Source of the DNA: an uncultured Collinsella sp.
GTDB taxonomy: Bacteria > Actinomycetota > Coriobacteriia > Coriobacteriales > Coriobacteriaceae
Assembly: GCA_900552995.1 (NCBI GenBank)
Contig: USBX01000001.1
Span: forward strand, 1 to 50,672
Direction of reading: 5' to 3'
DNA: 50,672 nucleotides
The stretch's first letter is position 1, and every line of letters starts with the position of its first letter. The notes below the pieces were generated by a model, which saw nothing but the letters and a program-made list of their open reading frames with translations, had not been told where the DNA came from and searched no databases. Of this stretch, positions 8,898 through 17,836 are shown piece by piece. The position numbers were made by a program, and so were the translations under genes.

Positions 8898-8989
8898 GTT
8901 AACTGAAATGCGTAAATCTGGTTAATCGAAAAAGCAAAATCTGGTTAAATGAAAACGGTAAATTTAGTTAAACGCGCTGGTAATCAATG
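8898..8989 (+). repeat. 4 x 23-bp-period degenerate repeats (GTTAA...AAATCTG)
   Basis: GTTAA at 8898, 8921, 8944 and 8967. Confidence 0.8.
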
Positions 8990-10264
8990 GTGAAGAATAT
9001 GCCAAAAAAGTACTACACTCGAATTATCGAAAATGAGCTCGACCAGATGCTAGGGATATTCGGTGCCGTTCTCATCGAAGGACCGAAATGGTGTGGAAAG
9101 ACAACCACAGCCGGGACCCGTGCGGCGTCCAGGCTCCTTCTCATGGATCCGTCGCGCAACTTCGAGAATCGTTTGCGTGCCGAGACGGACCCGGCGCTTG
9201 CCGTTTCCGGCGAGGTGCCGCGGCTGATCGACGAATGGCAGGAGGTTCCGAAACTTTGGGACGCGGCACGGTTTGAGTGCGACAACCGCGGCGGCGAGCC
9301 TGGCCAGTTCATATTTACGGGGTCGGCGACACCGCGAGACAATGAGCGGCCGATGCACAGTGGTGCTGGAAGGTTCGCTAAATTGCGCATGGATACCATG
9401 ACGCTTTTCGAACTTGGGAAATCTAGCGGTGCGGTTAAGCTGTCGAGCATTATTTCTGGCGAAAAGTTCAATGGCGCTTTCGGGTCGTTGGATTCTGCCT
9501 CGATTGCCGAGTGCGTTGTTCGCGGCGGATGGCCCGCGGCGGTCGGGCGCGATGTGCTGGCTGCGTCGGCGATGGCAAAACGTTATATCGGCATAGTTGC
9601 CGAAGAAGATTTGTCTCGTGTTGATGGCTCTCGACGCGATCCCGAAAAGGTCAAAGCTGTTATCGAATCGCTTGCGCGCAATGAATCCACTTTGGCGACA
9701 CTCAAGACGCTCGTAGCTGATCTTGGTGGAGAGGTATCGAGACAAACGGCGGCATCGTATATATCTCTTCTCGCTCGGGTCAGCTTCGTTCGCGATATTC
9801 CCGCATGGAATCCAGCAATGAGATCTCCTGTGCACTTAAGAGAATCAAAGAAGCATCATCTTGCTGACCCGTCACTGGCGGCCGCTGCGCTCGGGGCGAC
9901 TCCGGAGACCTTGCTGCTAGATTTCAAGACGCTTGGACTACTTTTTGAATCGTTGGCACTCCATGATTTGTGGGTCTATGCGCGAGCAAACGGAATGAGC
10001 CTCTACCACTATCATGATTCTCGTGATTTAGAGGTCGATGCAGTCATTGCGGCTCCTGGCGGGACCTGGATCCCAGTTGAAGTTAAGCTCAGCTCCGCTC
10101 AAATCGAAGAGGCATCTGACAATCTTGTTGCTGTCGAGGAACGTATGGTTGCCGCCGGAAACAACCCACCGGTTTCGAAAGTTGCAATCATTGGATTTGG
10201 TTCACAAGCCTATGTTACCGACCGCGGCGTCCAAGTTGTTCCGTTGGATGTGCTCGCGCCGTAA
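8987..10264 (+). CDS. AAA_14/DUF4143-type ATP-binding protein
   Basis: Walker A GPKWCGKT, IDEWQ, TGS, ADPSLA, FES, LEVD...VEVK. Confidence 0.9.
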   Translation: MVKNMPKKYYTRIIENELDQMLGIFGAVLIEGPKWCGKTTTAGTRAASRLLLMDPSRNFENRLRAETDPALAVSGEVPRLIDEWQEVPKLWDAARFECDNRGGEPGQFIFTGSATPRDNERPMHSGAGRFAKLRMDTMTLFELGKSSGAVKLSSIISGEKFNGAFGSLDSASIAECVVRGGWPAAVGRDVLAASAMAKRYIGIVAEEDLSRVDGSRRDPEKVKAVIESLARNESTLATLKTLVADLGGEVSRQTAASYISLLARVSFVRDIPAWNPAMRSPVHLRESKKHHLADPSLAAAALGATPETLLLDFKTLGLLFESLALHDLWVYARANGMSLYHYHDSRDLEVDAVIAAPGGTWIPVEVKLSSAQIEEASDNLVAVEERMVAAGNNPPVSKVAIIGFGSQAYVTDRGVQVVPLDVLAP

Positions 10265-10914
10265 TGCTGTGGGCGAAGTGAAATTAACGCCGCAGTTTTT
10301 AAATCTGGTTTCTGAGATCTAAAACGCGAAACTCAAAATATCATCAGCTTGATTTTCGGCCGATCCGAATCGCGCCCGCGCAAAAGTCAAAGCGACTCGC
10401 GCGGGCGTTTCGTTTTTCATTTCGGATTTCAAATTGATTCAAAACAAAACGGGAGTTTTGAAAATCGATAGCGACCGGAGGGAGCAATCATAGGCGGCTT
10501 GGCCGCCGCATGAAAATCGAATCGTTAATCCGAACCGTAATTCAAATCGCGTTACCTTTCGACAATCCAACAACGCTACGAGTCTCACCAAAGACTCTCC
10601 GCGTCATTGAAATGTCGAAAGCTGCCTCAACTTTTTCGCTGGCGTTACGAAAAACATTCGACAAAGTCGAAGGTTTGCGTCGCGGGCGCCGCAAACCCGC
10701 TGCGCGGTGATGCAAATACTCGGCATCCCTCGCATTCGCATCACCGCTTCGCTCTCGCTACAGCGAATCTCTAACACTCAGCATCCTTCGCGTTAAAAAT
10801 TCGCTTCCGCTCACGGTCTTCACGCAGTTACAACGCCGCGAGGCCTCTCGCTTGGAATGAGGCCTCTCATTCCACGTCTACACTGCGTTTCGCCCAATCC
10901 CCGTTCCGGAGATT

Positions 10915-10979
10915 GCAAGATGGGTGTGGGTGGCAACAAATGGGCCCATACGGGCCATTTGTTTTCCCACACATCTTGC
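10915..10979. promoter_or_regulatory. Putative oriT hairpin with MOBP-type nic-like CATCTTGC
   Basis: Imperfect inverted repeat gcaagatg...catcttgc about 150 bp upstream of mobC. Confidence 0.5.
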
Positions 10980-11128
10980 TTTACCACCTCTCACGGCGGT
11001 AAAGTTTTCGCGAGACGTTTTCAAATCGCGTCGGCGATTTTTAAGCACTCGAAAAGGAAAGCGAATCGAATAGCTGGTTTTGCACCGGAGGCCTCTCCGG
11101 TGTGCGGTTCATTTTCGAGGAGCTGTCC

Positions 11129-11653
11129 GTGAGTACGAAACGTCCGTTCACAGTCAAGGCAACGCTGAGTGAAGAAGAAAAGAAAACGCTTGTTGCGTTT
11201 TCCAAAAAGGCCCAAATGTCTGAGGCCGAACTGATTAGGTATTTCCTGCGTCCCGATGACGCGGTGACTCGCGGGGTCGATCTGACTGAAGACGAAGAGC
11301 GAACTGAGATGATTCGCATCCGGGTTTCGCCAAGTGAGAAAAAATCCATTGAGAATCGCGCTTCTGAACTCGGCGTGTCGATGTCGGCCTTCATGCGTCG
11401 CACTGCTCTTGTCGGGAGAGTCGAGAAAATCGATGTCGATCGGGCGTCGATCGACAAAATCTATCACGAGCTTTTGAAGGAAGGAACGAATCTCAATCAG
11501 CTCATGTACTTTTTGAACGCCCAAGGGCTTCCCGCGTACAACGAGAAAGCTGTTTTTCGAACACTTGAGAAGGTTTATCAAGTTGGGCGTAAGCTAGACC
11601 GTTTCATCGACGAGCTTGAAAAGCGCTATTTCGTCGGTGGTGATGTGAAGTGA
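11129..11653 (+). CDS. mobC: MobC-family relaxosome accessory protein (tandem RHH)
   Basis: IRIRVSPSEK...LGVSMSAFMRR and GTNLNQL motifs; GTG start after GAGGAG; overlaps the relaxase start. Confidence 0.85.
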   Translation: MSTKRPFTVKATLSEEEKKTLVAFSKKAQMSEAELIRYFLRPDDAVTRGVDLTEDEERTEMIRIRVSPSEKKSIENRASELGVSMSAFMRRTALVGRVEKIDVDRASIDKIYHELLKEGTNLNQLMYFLNAQGLPAYNEKAVFRTLEKVYQVGRKLDRFIDELEKRYFVGGDVK

Positions 11654-12849
11654 CTGTTATCAAACAGAAAAGAGTGTCGAGTGAGCGCTATGCAAAGAAT
11701 GTTCGTAAATACATCAACGGAAAAGATGCGATTGTGCGTGGTGGCTGGAACATCGAATGGAGCGACCACTGGTTTTCGAAAATGGATAGAACCAGAAAGG
11801 TTTTCCATCACGACAAACCGTCGAGAGCCGGAGTCAAAAACGTAATCATGCTTCATCAGATTCTCGCGTTTCTGCCCGAGGAGTGCAGCTGCAACGGAGG
11901 CAAGATGACCCCCGATGCATGTTTGGCCTACGCGGAGCAATGGCTTGCGAAGCACTATCCGCATCAACAAGTGATTCTCGCGTTGCATGAGGAAAGCGAT
12001 AAGGCGGGAAAACGCTACGCGGTCCATATGGCGATCAACCGTACCGATTTGCTGACCGGCAAACGTTGCGAGACTGGTGGGCGTCGCGGAAAATTCGAAC
12101 GCGCTTCATGGGTTCGTGAAATGGACAAGGCCTGGAATCTTACTCAACTTGAAAAAGGTAAGAGAAATTCAAAGATTCGAGATCGTCAGCCGCGCGATAT
12201 TGAAAAGGAGATTGTCGATCGGGGAGAGTACAGTTATAAAAACAATCTGCGCGAGCTGATCCATATTGCAATCGACGACTACCACCCGAAGAATATGGAG
12301 CAGTTCAAAAAATTACTTGCCTCGTGGGGCGTAGACATTTTCATCAAGAACAATCGAGTCTATGCGACAGATCTCGATATCAAAGAGGCCGGTAATCCAA
12401 AATGTACCTTCAACTTGACCCGTCTCGACGGGCGGTTCGCGTTGAAGTCGTTGCAGACGGCTTTCGGAAATAACGTGTTGGAAGCCGAGCGAGCCCTTCC
12501 ATACGAGAAACGTTGTGAGATTTACATCAAGCGTCTCAAGAAAGCATACTCGGCGTGGGTCGAGCAGGCGAAAGCGAGCAAGGGCGTCTCCTACAATTCG
12601 TTTCCTAAATTCATTGCACCGAAGTGTGATGAAGATCTGCTCGAAGATCCCGCCGTACGTGATGAGCTTCTTGCCCGGCGCGGTTACGCAAGGGAGATTC
12701 GCAACCGTTACGCCGGCGGCGTTGTCGATGCCGGCGACGACCGCGTTCGCGCCGCCGGCCAGGCGCACAGCGGTAGCGCCGTGTTGCGACAGATGGACGA
12801 TCGCGTCGTCGATCGCGGCGATTACGCTCGCGGCGACACGCCTCGCTAG
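11650..12849 (+). CDS. Relaxase/mobilization nuclease (MOBP-like)
   Basis: N-terminal Tyr (RKYI), HQILAF and LHEE...VHMAINR motifs; follows mobC. Confidence 0.88.
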   Translation: MTVIKQKRVSSERYAKNVRKYINGKDAIVRGGWNIEWSDHWFSKMDRTRKVFHHDKPSRAGVKNVIMLHQILAFLPEECSCNGGKMTPDACLAYAEQWLAKHYPHQQVILALHEESDKAGKRYAVHMAINRTDLLTGKRCETGGRRGKFERASWVREMDKAWNLTQLEKGKRNSKIRDRQPRDIEKEIVDRGEYSYKNNLRELIHIAIDDYHPKNMEQFKKLLASWGVDIFIKNNRVYATDLDIKEAGNPKCTFNLTRLDGRFALKSLQTAFGNNVLEAERALPYEKRCEIYIKRLKKAYSAWVEQAKASKGVSYNSFPKFIAPKCDEDLLEDPAVRDELLARRGYAREIRNRYAGGVVDAGDDRVRAAGQAHSGSAVLRQMDDRVVDRGDYARGDTPR

Positions 12850-12920
12850 CCTCGAACTGCCTGTCGGGGCGGAGTAAAGCGCTCATGCCCCGGTAGAGCG
12901 GTGAGGCATGAGTTACTGAG

Positions 12921-13200
12921 GTATACTATAGTTTCCGCAGGTAGAGGCATAAAAAAATGGCAACCCGCCCGCCGAAAAGACGGGCGGGCGTGATACCATC
13001 AAGATTGTGCTCGGGTGCTACCAACACCTCCGCACGGTGTAGAGGCGAGCTACCAACTCGCGTTTCTACTTGCCAGTTGTGCTAAAAACGCAAACAGCAC
13101 TCCTGGCACATCCAATGATAGCAGGGACCCGCAGGTCACGCTATGGATGACAGTTAGAAAACGCAAATGGGAGCCGGCTCGCACGGCTCCCGTTTTTTAT
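12921..13200. promoter_or_regulatory. Putative antisense-RNA/attenuator leader with two GCTACCAAC-loop hairpins
   Basis: TATACT at ~12922; hairpins in 13007-13069; terminator-like gggagccg...cggctccc-T6 at 13169-13198; opposite-strand TATCAT at 13115-13120. Confidence 0.5.
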
Positions 13201-14060
13201 GGGAGTGGACATATGCCGTTCCCGGTCGGCACGGGTTTAAGACCCGTTCAAAAAGGTAGCCAAGGGCTCGAATAATCGGAGACTGAGCTGTACAGGTTCA
13301 TTGTCCCGTCTCTACGGAGACTTCGACGGGGGTAGTGCCCTCCATGTGACCCCTGCGCCGCCTCGGCCCTTCTGGGCGGAGACGGCGTGCCGGATTCAGA
13401 GCGATTGTCCTGCTGGAAAACTGCAGGAAAGTAGGCGAACAGCCGAAGATCAGGAGTTGGTTGGATAGCCGTGTGGCAACACACGTGTCGCGGTGATAAG
13501 TCGCAACGTCAAGCAAAGAGGATCACGATGAGCATGCAGCCGTGACGGATTCTGAGCCCAACCCCGGGTTCCGCCATGTACGGGGGTGCCGGTGAGGACG
13601 GCCGGCGCGTTAAAACGAACGGTCCGGATGCATGGGCGTAGCCATGCGGAGTCCCGCGAGATCGTCGAGCAAAAGGCCAAGGGGCGGGTGAGGCTTTCCC
13701 AGCTGCAATGCTGGTTTCGAAGATTTAGGGAGGGTCCACGATTGTGCCCGGACTCTGTGGATGCTCCACCGCCTAACAATTCAACCACCAAGCTAATTAG
13801 ACCTCGCGACCAGTTATTACAATCAGCAAGTCATCAGCGCGAGGCGTGCCAACCGTCAGCCCTCAGCGCCGGCGTCGCTTCGCTCCCCGGGCGATGTAAA
13901 TAAGAGATATATAAGTCAGCGAGCTTCGCGAGCGGATCATAGGTGCCGTCAGGCACCGCATCAAAAGCGATTCGCAATCATTTCGGAATACATGTCGCTG
14001 GCGATGAGTGGACCTAGTCCAGACCTGTATCCGTACTAGGCGTTTCTAGAAATGCGCATG

Positions 14061-14126
14061 AGAAAGGGCCGAACCGAAGTGTCTGGCCGGACGCCAATTG
14101 TCCGGGAACTGCTTCGTTTCGACCCT
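14061..14126 (+). repeat. ~66-nt hairpin element, copy 1
   Basis: Near-identical to 32686-32752. Confidence 0.85.
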
Positions 14127-14405
14127 GCTTCATTCTACAGCCGCGTCATGTTTATGGAGATCAATTCGGCAGCTGCAATTCATTCGATTGTAAGATGAGC
14201 TGTCCTGGACGGCTCCCACTGTTGCGATCACGCCGCATGGATGATGGATGAACTCGCATGAGAACCCAAGCGTACGGTGGTTTTATCTGCCCAAAGAGGG
14301 TAGAATGACAACAGAAAACGACGCATCCCGTGTAAGCAACATGGAGCGCGGGCGGCCTAGTTTTCAGTCTTTGTTAAATGCCCGGGCTCCGACCCCCGGG
14401 CATTC

Positions 14406-14555
14406 TTATTTGCGCTTGTGGCGCAAATGCCGTCCACTGTCCGCACCGCGCGTACGCCTACGGACCTTAATCCGAACCTCATACGAGTTTAAAAACGCGA
14501 TGATGAACGTGCCGACCGTTGCAAGAGCGGCCAGCGCGTTAAGGAATTTCAGCAT
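14406..14555 (-). CDS. Type I toxin-like peptide MLKFLNALAALATVGTFIIAFLNSYEVRIKVRRRTRGADSGRHLRHKRK (49 aa)
   Basis: GGAGG RBS; hydrophobic N-terminus plus basic tail; 12-bp 5'/3' UTR complementarity; convergent TAGAAT promoter. Confidence 0.7.
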   Translation of the reverse strand: MLKFLNALAALATVGTFIIAFLNSYEVRIKVRRRTRGADSGRHLRHKRK

Positions 14556-14809
14556 ATGGTGACCTCCGATCAAATCGTCGGCCGCCCGCGCACGGAATGC
14601 GCCGTGACATCAATTCTAACCGAATCTGCGACTACCCCGGTTAACTGGTACACCTCTGTTATTGTTCAAATTAAACAGTCTCAAAAGGTATGCCTCTGGG
14701 CACTCGAGAATCGAACCCTCGATGCCGTGAACGTCGAGTGCCAAAACCCAGTGTCAAAACCTCCGCGTCAATTCCCATGGGAAAATCAAATACAAGGCAG
14801 GAGGCTGAA

Positions 14810-15394
14810 ATGACACGTTACGGATATGCTCGCGTGAGCACGAAAGACCAGAGGTTGGACCGCCAGATCGAGGCTCTGGTGAACGCTGGCGTGGCCTATG
14901 GCCATATCTACAAGGACAAGGTCACGGGTGCCCAGGACGGCGACCGGACGCAGCAGAAGCGCCTGTTCAAGAAGATGCGGGCGGGCGACGAGGTGGTGGT
15001 CGAATCCTGGGAGCGCTTGACCAGATCGACCAGGCAGCTGCTCAACTATGACCTTATGTTTCGAAACCTCGGCGTGAAGCTCACGTCCCTGAAACAGCCC
15101 GTGGATCTAGATACCGCATTCGGGCGCTTCGTGCTTGGCACCCATGCTTGCACCGCGGAACTTGAGCGAGATCTGATCAGGCAACGCCAGGCCGAGGGTA
15201 TCGCCGTCAAACGGAGCCACGGCGGCAACGTGGGTGGCAGGCCTCGCACTGCCGGCGTCAAAGCCGATGCTGCAGTAAGGCTCTATCTTGGAGGAGAGAC
15301 TCCTATTCCCGATATTTGCGCTGCGACTGGCGTCTCCAAATCAACGCTGTACCGCATCCTTCGTGAACGCGGATTGGTGGGCGTCAGGAAATAA
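14810..15394 (+). CDS. Small serine recombinase (resolvase/invertase)
   Basis: YGYARVSTKDQ, ERLTRS and C-terminal GGRP-HTH; ATG at 14810 after AGGAGG. Confidence 0.95.
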   Translation: MTRYGYARVSTKDQRLDRQIEALVNAGVAYGHIYKDKVTGAQDGDRTQQKRLFKKMRAGDEVVVESWERLTRSTRQLLNYDLMFRNLGVKLTSLKQPVDLDTAFGRFVLGTHACTAELERDLIRQRQAEGIAVKRSHGGNVGGRPRTAGVKADAAVRLYLGGETPIPDICAATGVSKSTLYRILRERGLVGVRK

Positions 15395-15619
15395 GTCCGT
15401 CTGTCGTTTCGCGATTTGCCTAATAGGCCCGAGTGCGGCGGCGTTACTATATAAGGGTGCGGTATTTCTCTAACCGAAAACCTGCGTGAACGCATGAATT
15501 GAGACGCCTTTTTAGAACTCACCGATCGCAGGAAAAAGACAACTCAACAGCGGCCGTGCATTGTTCCCAGCCATATGGCATGGCGGAGCCATGCCCGTTG
15601 TTGATTGGAGTGCCGCATC

Positions 15620-16312
15620 ATGGCCGAAAACCAAGTCCAGTCCGAAAAGAAAATGACCAGTCTGAATGTCTCATCGGAGACCCGTGACGCCATAAAGGAC
15701 ATCAGCACGAGCCTTGGTCTCTCGCAGGACGATACCGTCGCCCGCTTGGTCGATGGCTACCACCCTAACGCCACTCCCGGCGTGAAGGCTGCGCTCGACG
15801 CATCGGCCGTCCTCGATGAGGCGGTCGAGCGGGTCAAGCGCATCATTGTGGGCGCTGCCGAAGCTGCCGCGATGGAGGCTCGTGCTGCCCGCGAGGACGC
15901 CGACGCTGCCAAGAAAAGTGCAATGGAACAGATTCAGAGCATCAAATCTAATTGCGTCGAGCAGGTCGCCGCCATCAAAGAGAAATTCGAGCTGGATACT
16001 GCGAGCTTGGAGATTGAGAACGATGAGCTCCACGCCGCCGTCGCCGATTACCTCTCGCAGCTCAAGAAGCTCGATTCCGAGAACAATCAGCTCTTGGCAG
16101 AATCAGCCGCAAAAGACGATCGAATTGAAAGCATGAGGGGTGCGGTCGACGCCGCGGCCAAGGCTCAGGCCGATCTCAACGTCTCCCTCCTCGCCCAGCG
16201 TGACCTGATGGCCGAGGTCGCCGCCCTCAAGGACCGCCTCGCCGCCTCCGAGCAGCGGGCGGCCGTGGCCGAGGCCAAGGTCGAGGTCATGACCCAGACG
16301 AGGGGCGTGTAG
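15620..16312 (+). CDS. Coiled-coil protein with N-terminal RHH-like segment
   Basis: TSLNVSSETRDAIKDIS..LGLSQDD followed by a long Ala/Glu-rich heptad region. Confidence 0.7.
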   Translation: MAENQVQSEKKMTSLNVSSETRDAIKDISTSLGLSQDDTVARLVDGYHPNATPGVKAALDASAVLDEAVERVKRIIVGAAEAAAMEARAAREDADAAKKSAMEQIQSIKSNCVEQVAAIKEKFELDTASLEIENDELHAAVADYLSQLKKLDSENNQLLAESAAKDDRIESMRGAVDAAAKAQADLNVSLLAQRDLMAEVAALKDRLAASEQRAAVAEAKVEVMTQTRGV

Positions 16313-16314
16313 AT

Positions 16315-16524
16315 ATGTCCGACAAGCTAAGGCCGTCTCGCCGTGAGTTGATAACGGCAGGGCTAGTCGTCTTTTTGGTCACGCCACTCGTCTGGACTGT
16401 CATTGATGGTGCCGGCGCAAATCCGCTCACCATCAACGGTGTCATCACCCGTCAAAATGCCGTCTGGGCTTCGCTTACGGCAGTTTCAGTGGTCATGCTC
16501 ATTGGGGCTTGGCTGTTTGGCTGA
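16315..16524 (+). CDS. Small 2-TM membrane protein
   Basis: Two hydrophobic segments; directly follows the upstream CDS. Confidence 0.6.
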   Translation: MSDKLRPSRRELITAGLVVFLVTPLVWTVIDGAGANPLTINGVITRQNAVWASLTAVSVVMLIGAWLFG

Positions 16525-16558
16525 TGGCATTCAAAAACAATTAAGTTTGGAGTAATCG

Positions 16559-17068
16559 ATGGAGCATCTCTCTGTTAAAAAGGCAATCAACCTAGCTCGG
16601 AACTTTGGGGCTGCGGGTGTTCTGGCAGCCGCCCTAGTTATGACCTCTGGGTGCAGCCAGGCAGACGATTATCAGACGGCAGTTCAGGTCGCCGATTCTG
16701 ATAACGCGCAGGAAGACGGGGTTTACGGCAAGATGAAGTATTCAGTCACCGGCGTCGAGGTGCATGATTCCTCGACTGGCGATGGCGGGAAGGTTGTCGT
16801 TGTTCGCTGGCACGCCATTAACAACCGATCGGCAGATTCATGCGCTGTTGGTAGCTACATCACGGCTTATCAAAATAAGCAGATGCTATCTCGCGGGTTT
16901 GCTGCCGATTTGCAGGAAGATCACTTCTCTTCACAAGGGCTTGCGCCGGGAGGCGAATGCGACGGTGTGTCGATTTTTGACCTCAACGACATGTCTCCCA
17001 TCGAAGTGAAAGTCGACGGGATTGGTGCCGGGTCGAACTCCCTCGACCAGACTTTTGAATTGGAATAG
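16559..17068 (+). CDS. Lipoprotein (Ig-like, DUF5067-like)
   Basis: Signal peptide with TSGC lipobox; beta-rich; AYQN motif. Confidence 0.7.
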   Translation: MEHLSVKKAINLARNFGAAGVLAAALVMTSGCSQADDYQTAVQVADSDNAQEDGVYGKMKYSVTGVEVHDSSTGDGGKVVVVRWHAINNRSADSCAVGSYITAYQNKQMLSRGFAADLQEDHFSSQGLAPGGECDGVSIFDLNDMSPIEVKVDGIGAGSNSLDQTFELE

Positions 17069-17085
17069 TCCATATGGCGCCTAAT

Positions 17086-17126
17086 TTCTAGAAACCTTCT
17101 AGAGCGCTTCTAGAAGGTTTCTAGAA
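17086..17126. repeat. Inverted repeat containing 4 x TCTAGA at 11-bp period
   Basis: Perfect 18-bp arms; TCTAGA at 17087, 17098, 17109 and 17120. Confidence 0.85.
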
Positions 17127-17836
17127 GCGGGCGCAGCATCTTCGACCGACACGATGTCTCGGTAGATAAGGCGATGCCTGGCGTCACGCCACTCGTCGCC
17201 GTGGTAGTGGCCGAAGAACCAGGCGCGGTAGCCGAGCCGCCCGTCGAGCTCGCCAAGGAATCGCTGAAGCCGGTCGCCCCGATACTCGCGTCCGCGCTCG
17301 CGGCACAGCTCCTCTGCCAGGGCGGCAGGAGCCTCGTGGGTCACAACGCAATCGACCCTCCAGCCCACGCGGTCGAGCGAGGAACGGCAGTGTTCCGTCT
17401 CTTCCTCGCTCGGCATCTCCTCGGGCCACCAGCTCCTCCCCTCCCTGCGATACTGCCTGTCGTTGCTCGCGGCGCCGCCCATGGCAAGGACCGTGAGCCC
17501 GTCGATGTCGAACACCTCACCGCGCATCAGGTGCAGCACGCGCGGTCGCGCCTCATGGACGAGCCCGCCGTTCCACTCCCGCACCGGCAGCCCAGCCAGG
17601 GCGTGGTGGTTCTCATGGTTGCCGTCTACGAAACACGTGGTCCACGGCTTCGACTCGAACCAGTCGAGCCAGTATTTCTCGGCGTTGGATCCATCCCAGA
17701 CAAAGCCGAAGTCGCCGGCCACGATCACCGCGTCATCGCGCGTCAGGGTCCGGCCCAGCGGCCAATTTTTGAATGCAAACCGGCTGGACCCGTACTCGGC
17801 CCTGCCGTGCACGTCGCCTGTCACATAGACCGTCAT
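17099..17836 (-). CDS. Calcineurin-like metallophosphoesterase
   Basis: GDVHG, AGDFG, DGNHE, TH and GHYH motifs. Confidence 0.92.
   Translation of the reverse strand: MTVYVTGDVHGRAEYGSSRFAFKNWPLGRTLTRDDAVIVAGDFGFVWDGSNAEKYWLDWFESKPWTTCFVDGNHENHHALAGLPVREWNGGLVHEARPRVLHLMRGEVFDIDGLTVLAMGGAASNDRQYRREGRSWWPEEMPSEEETEHCRSSLDRVGWRVDCVVTHEAPAALAEELCRERGREYRGDRLQRFLGELDGRLGYRAWFFGHYHGDEWRDARHRLIYRDIVSVEDAAPASRNLLEAL

Noticed and set aside
14690..14809. N-terminal extension of the resolvase
   Set aside because: The RBS and family motif place the start at 14810.
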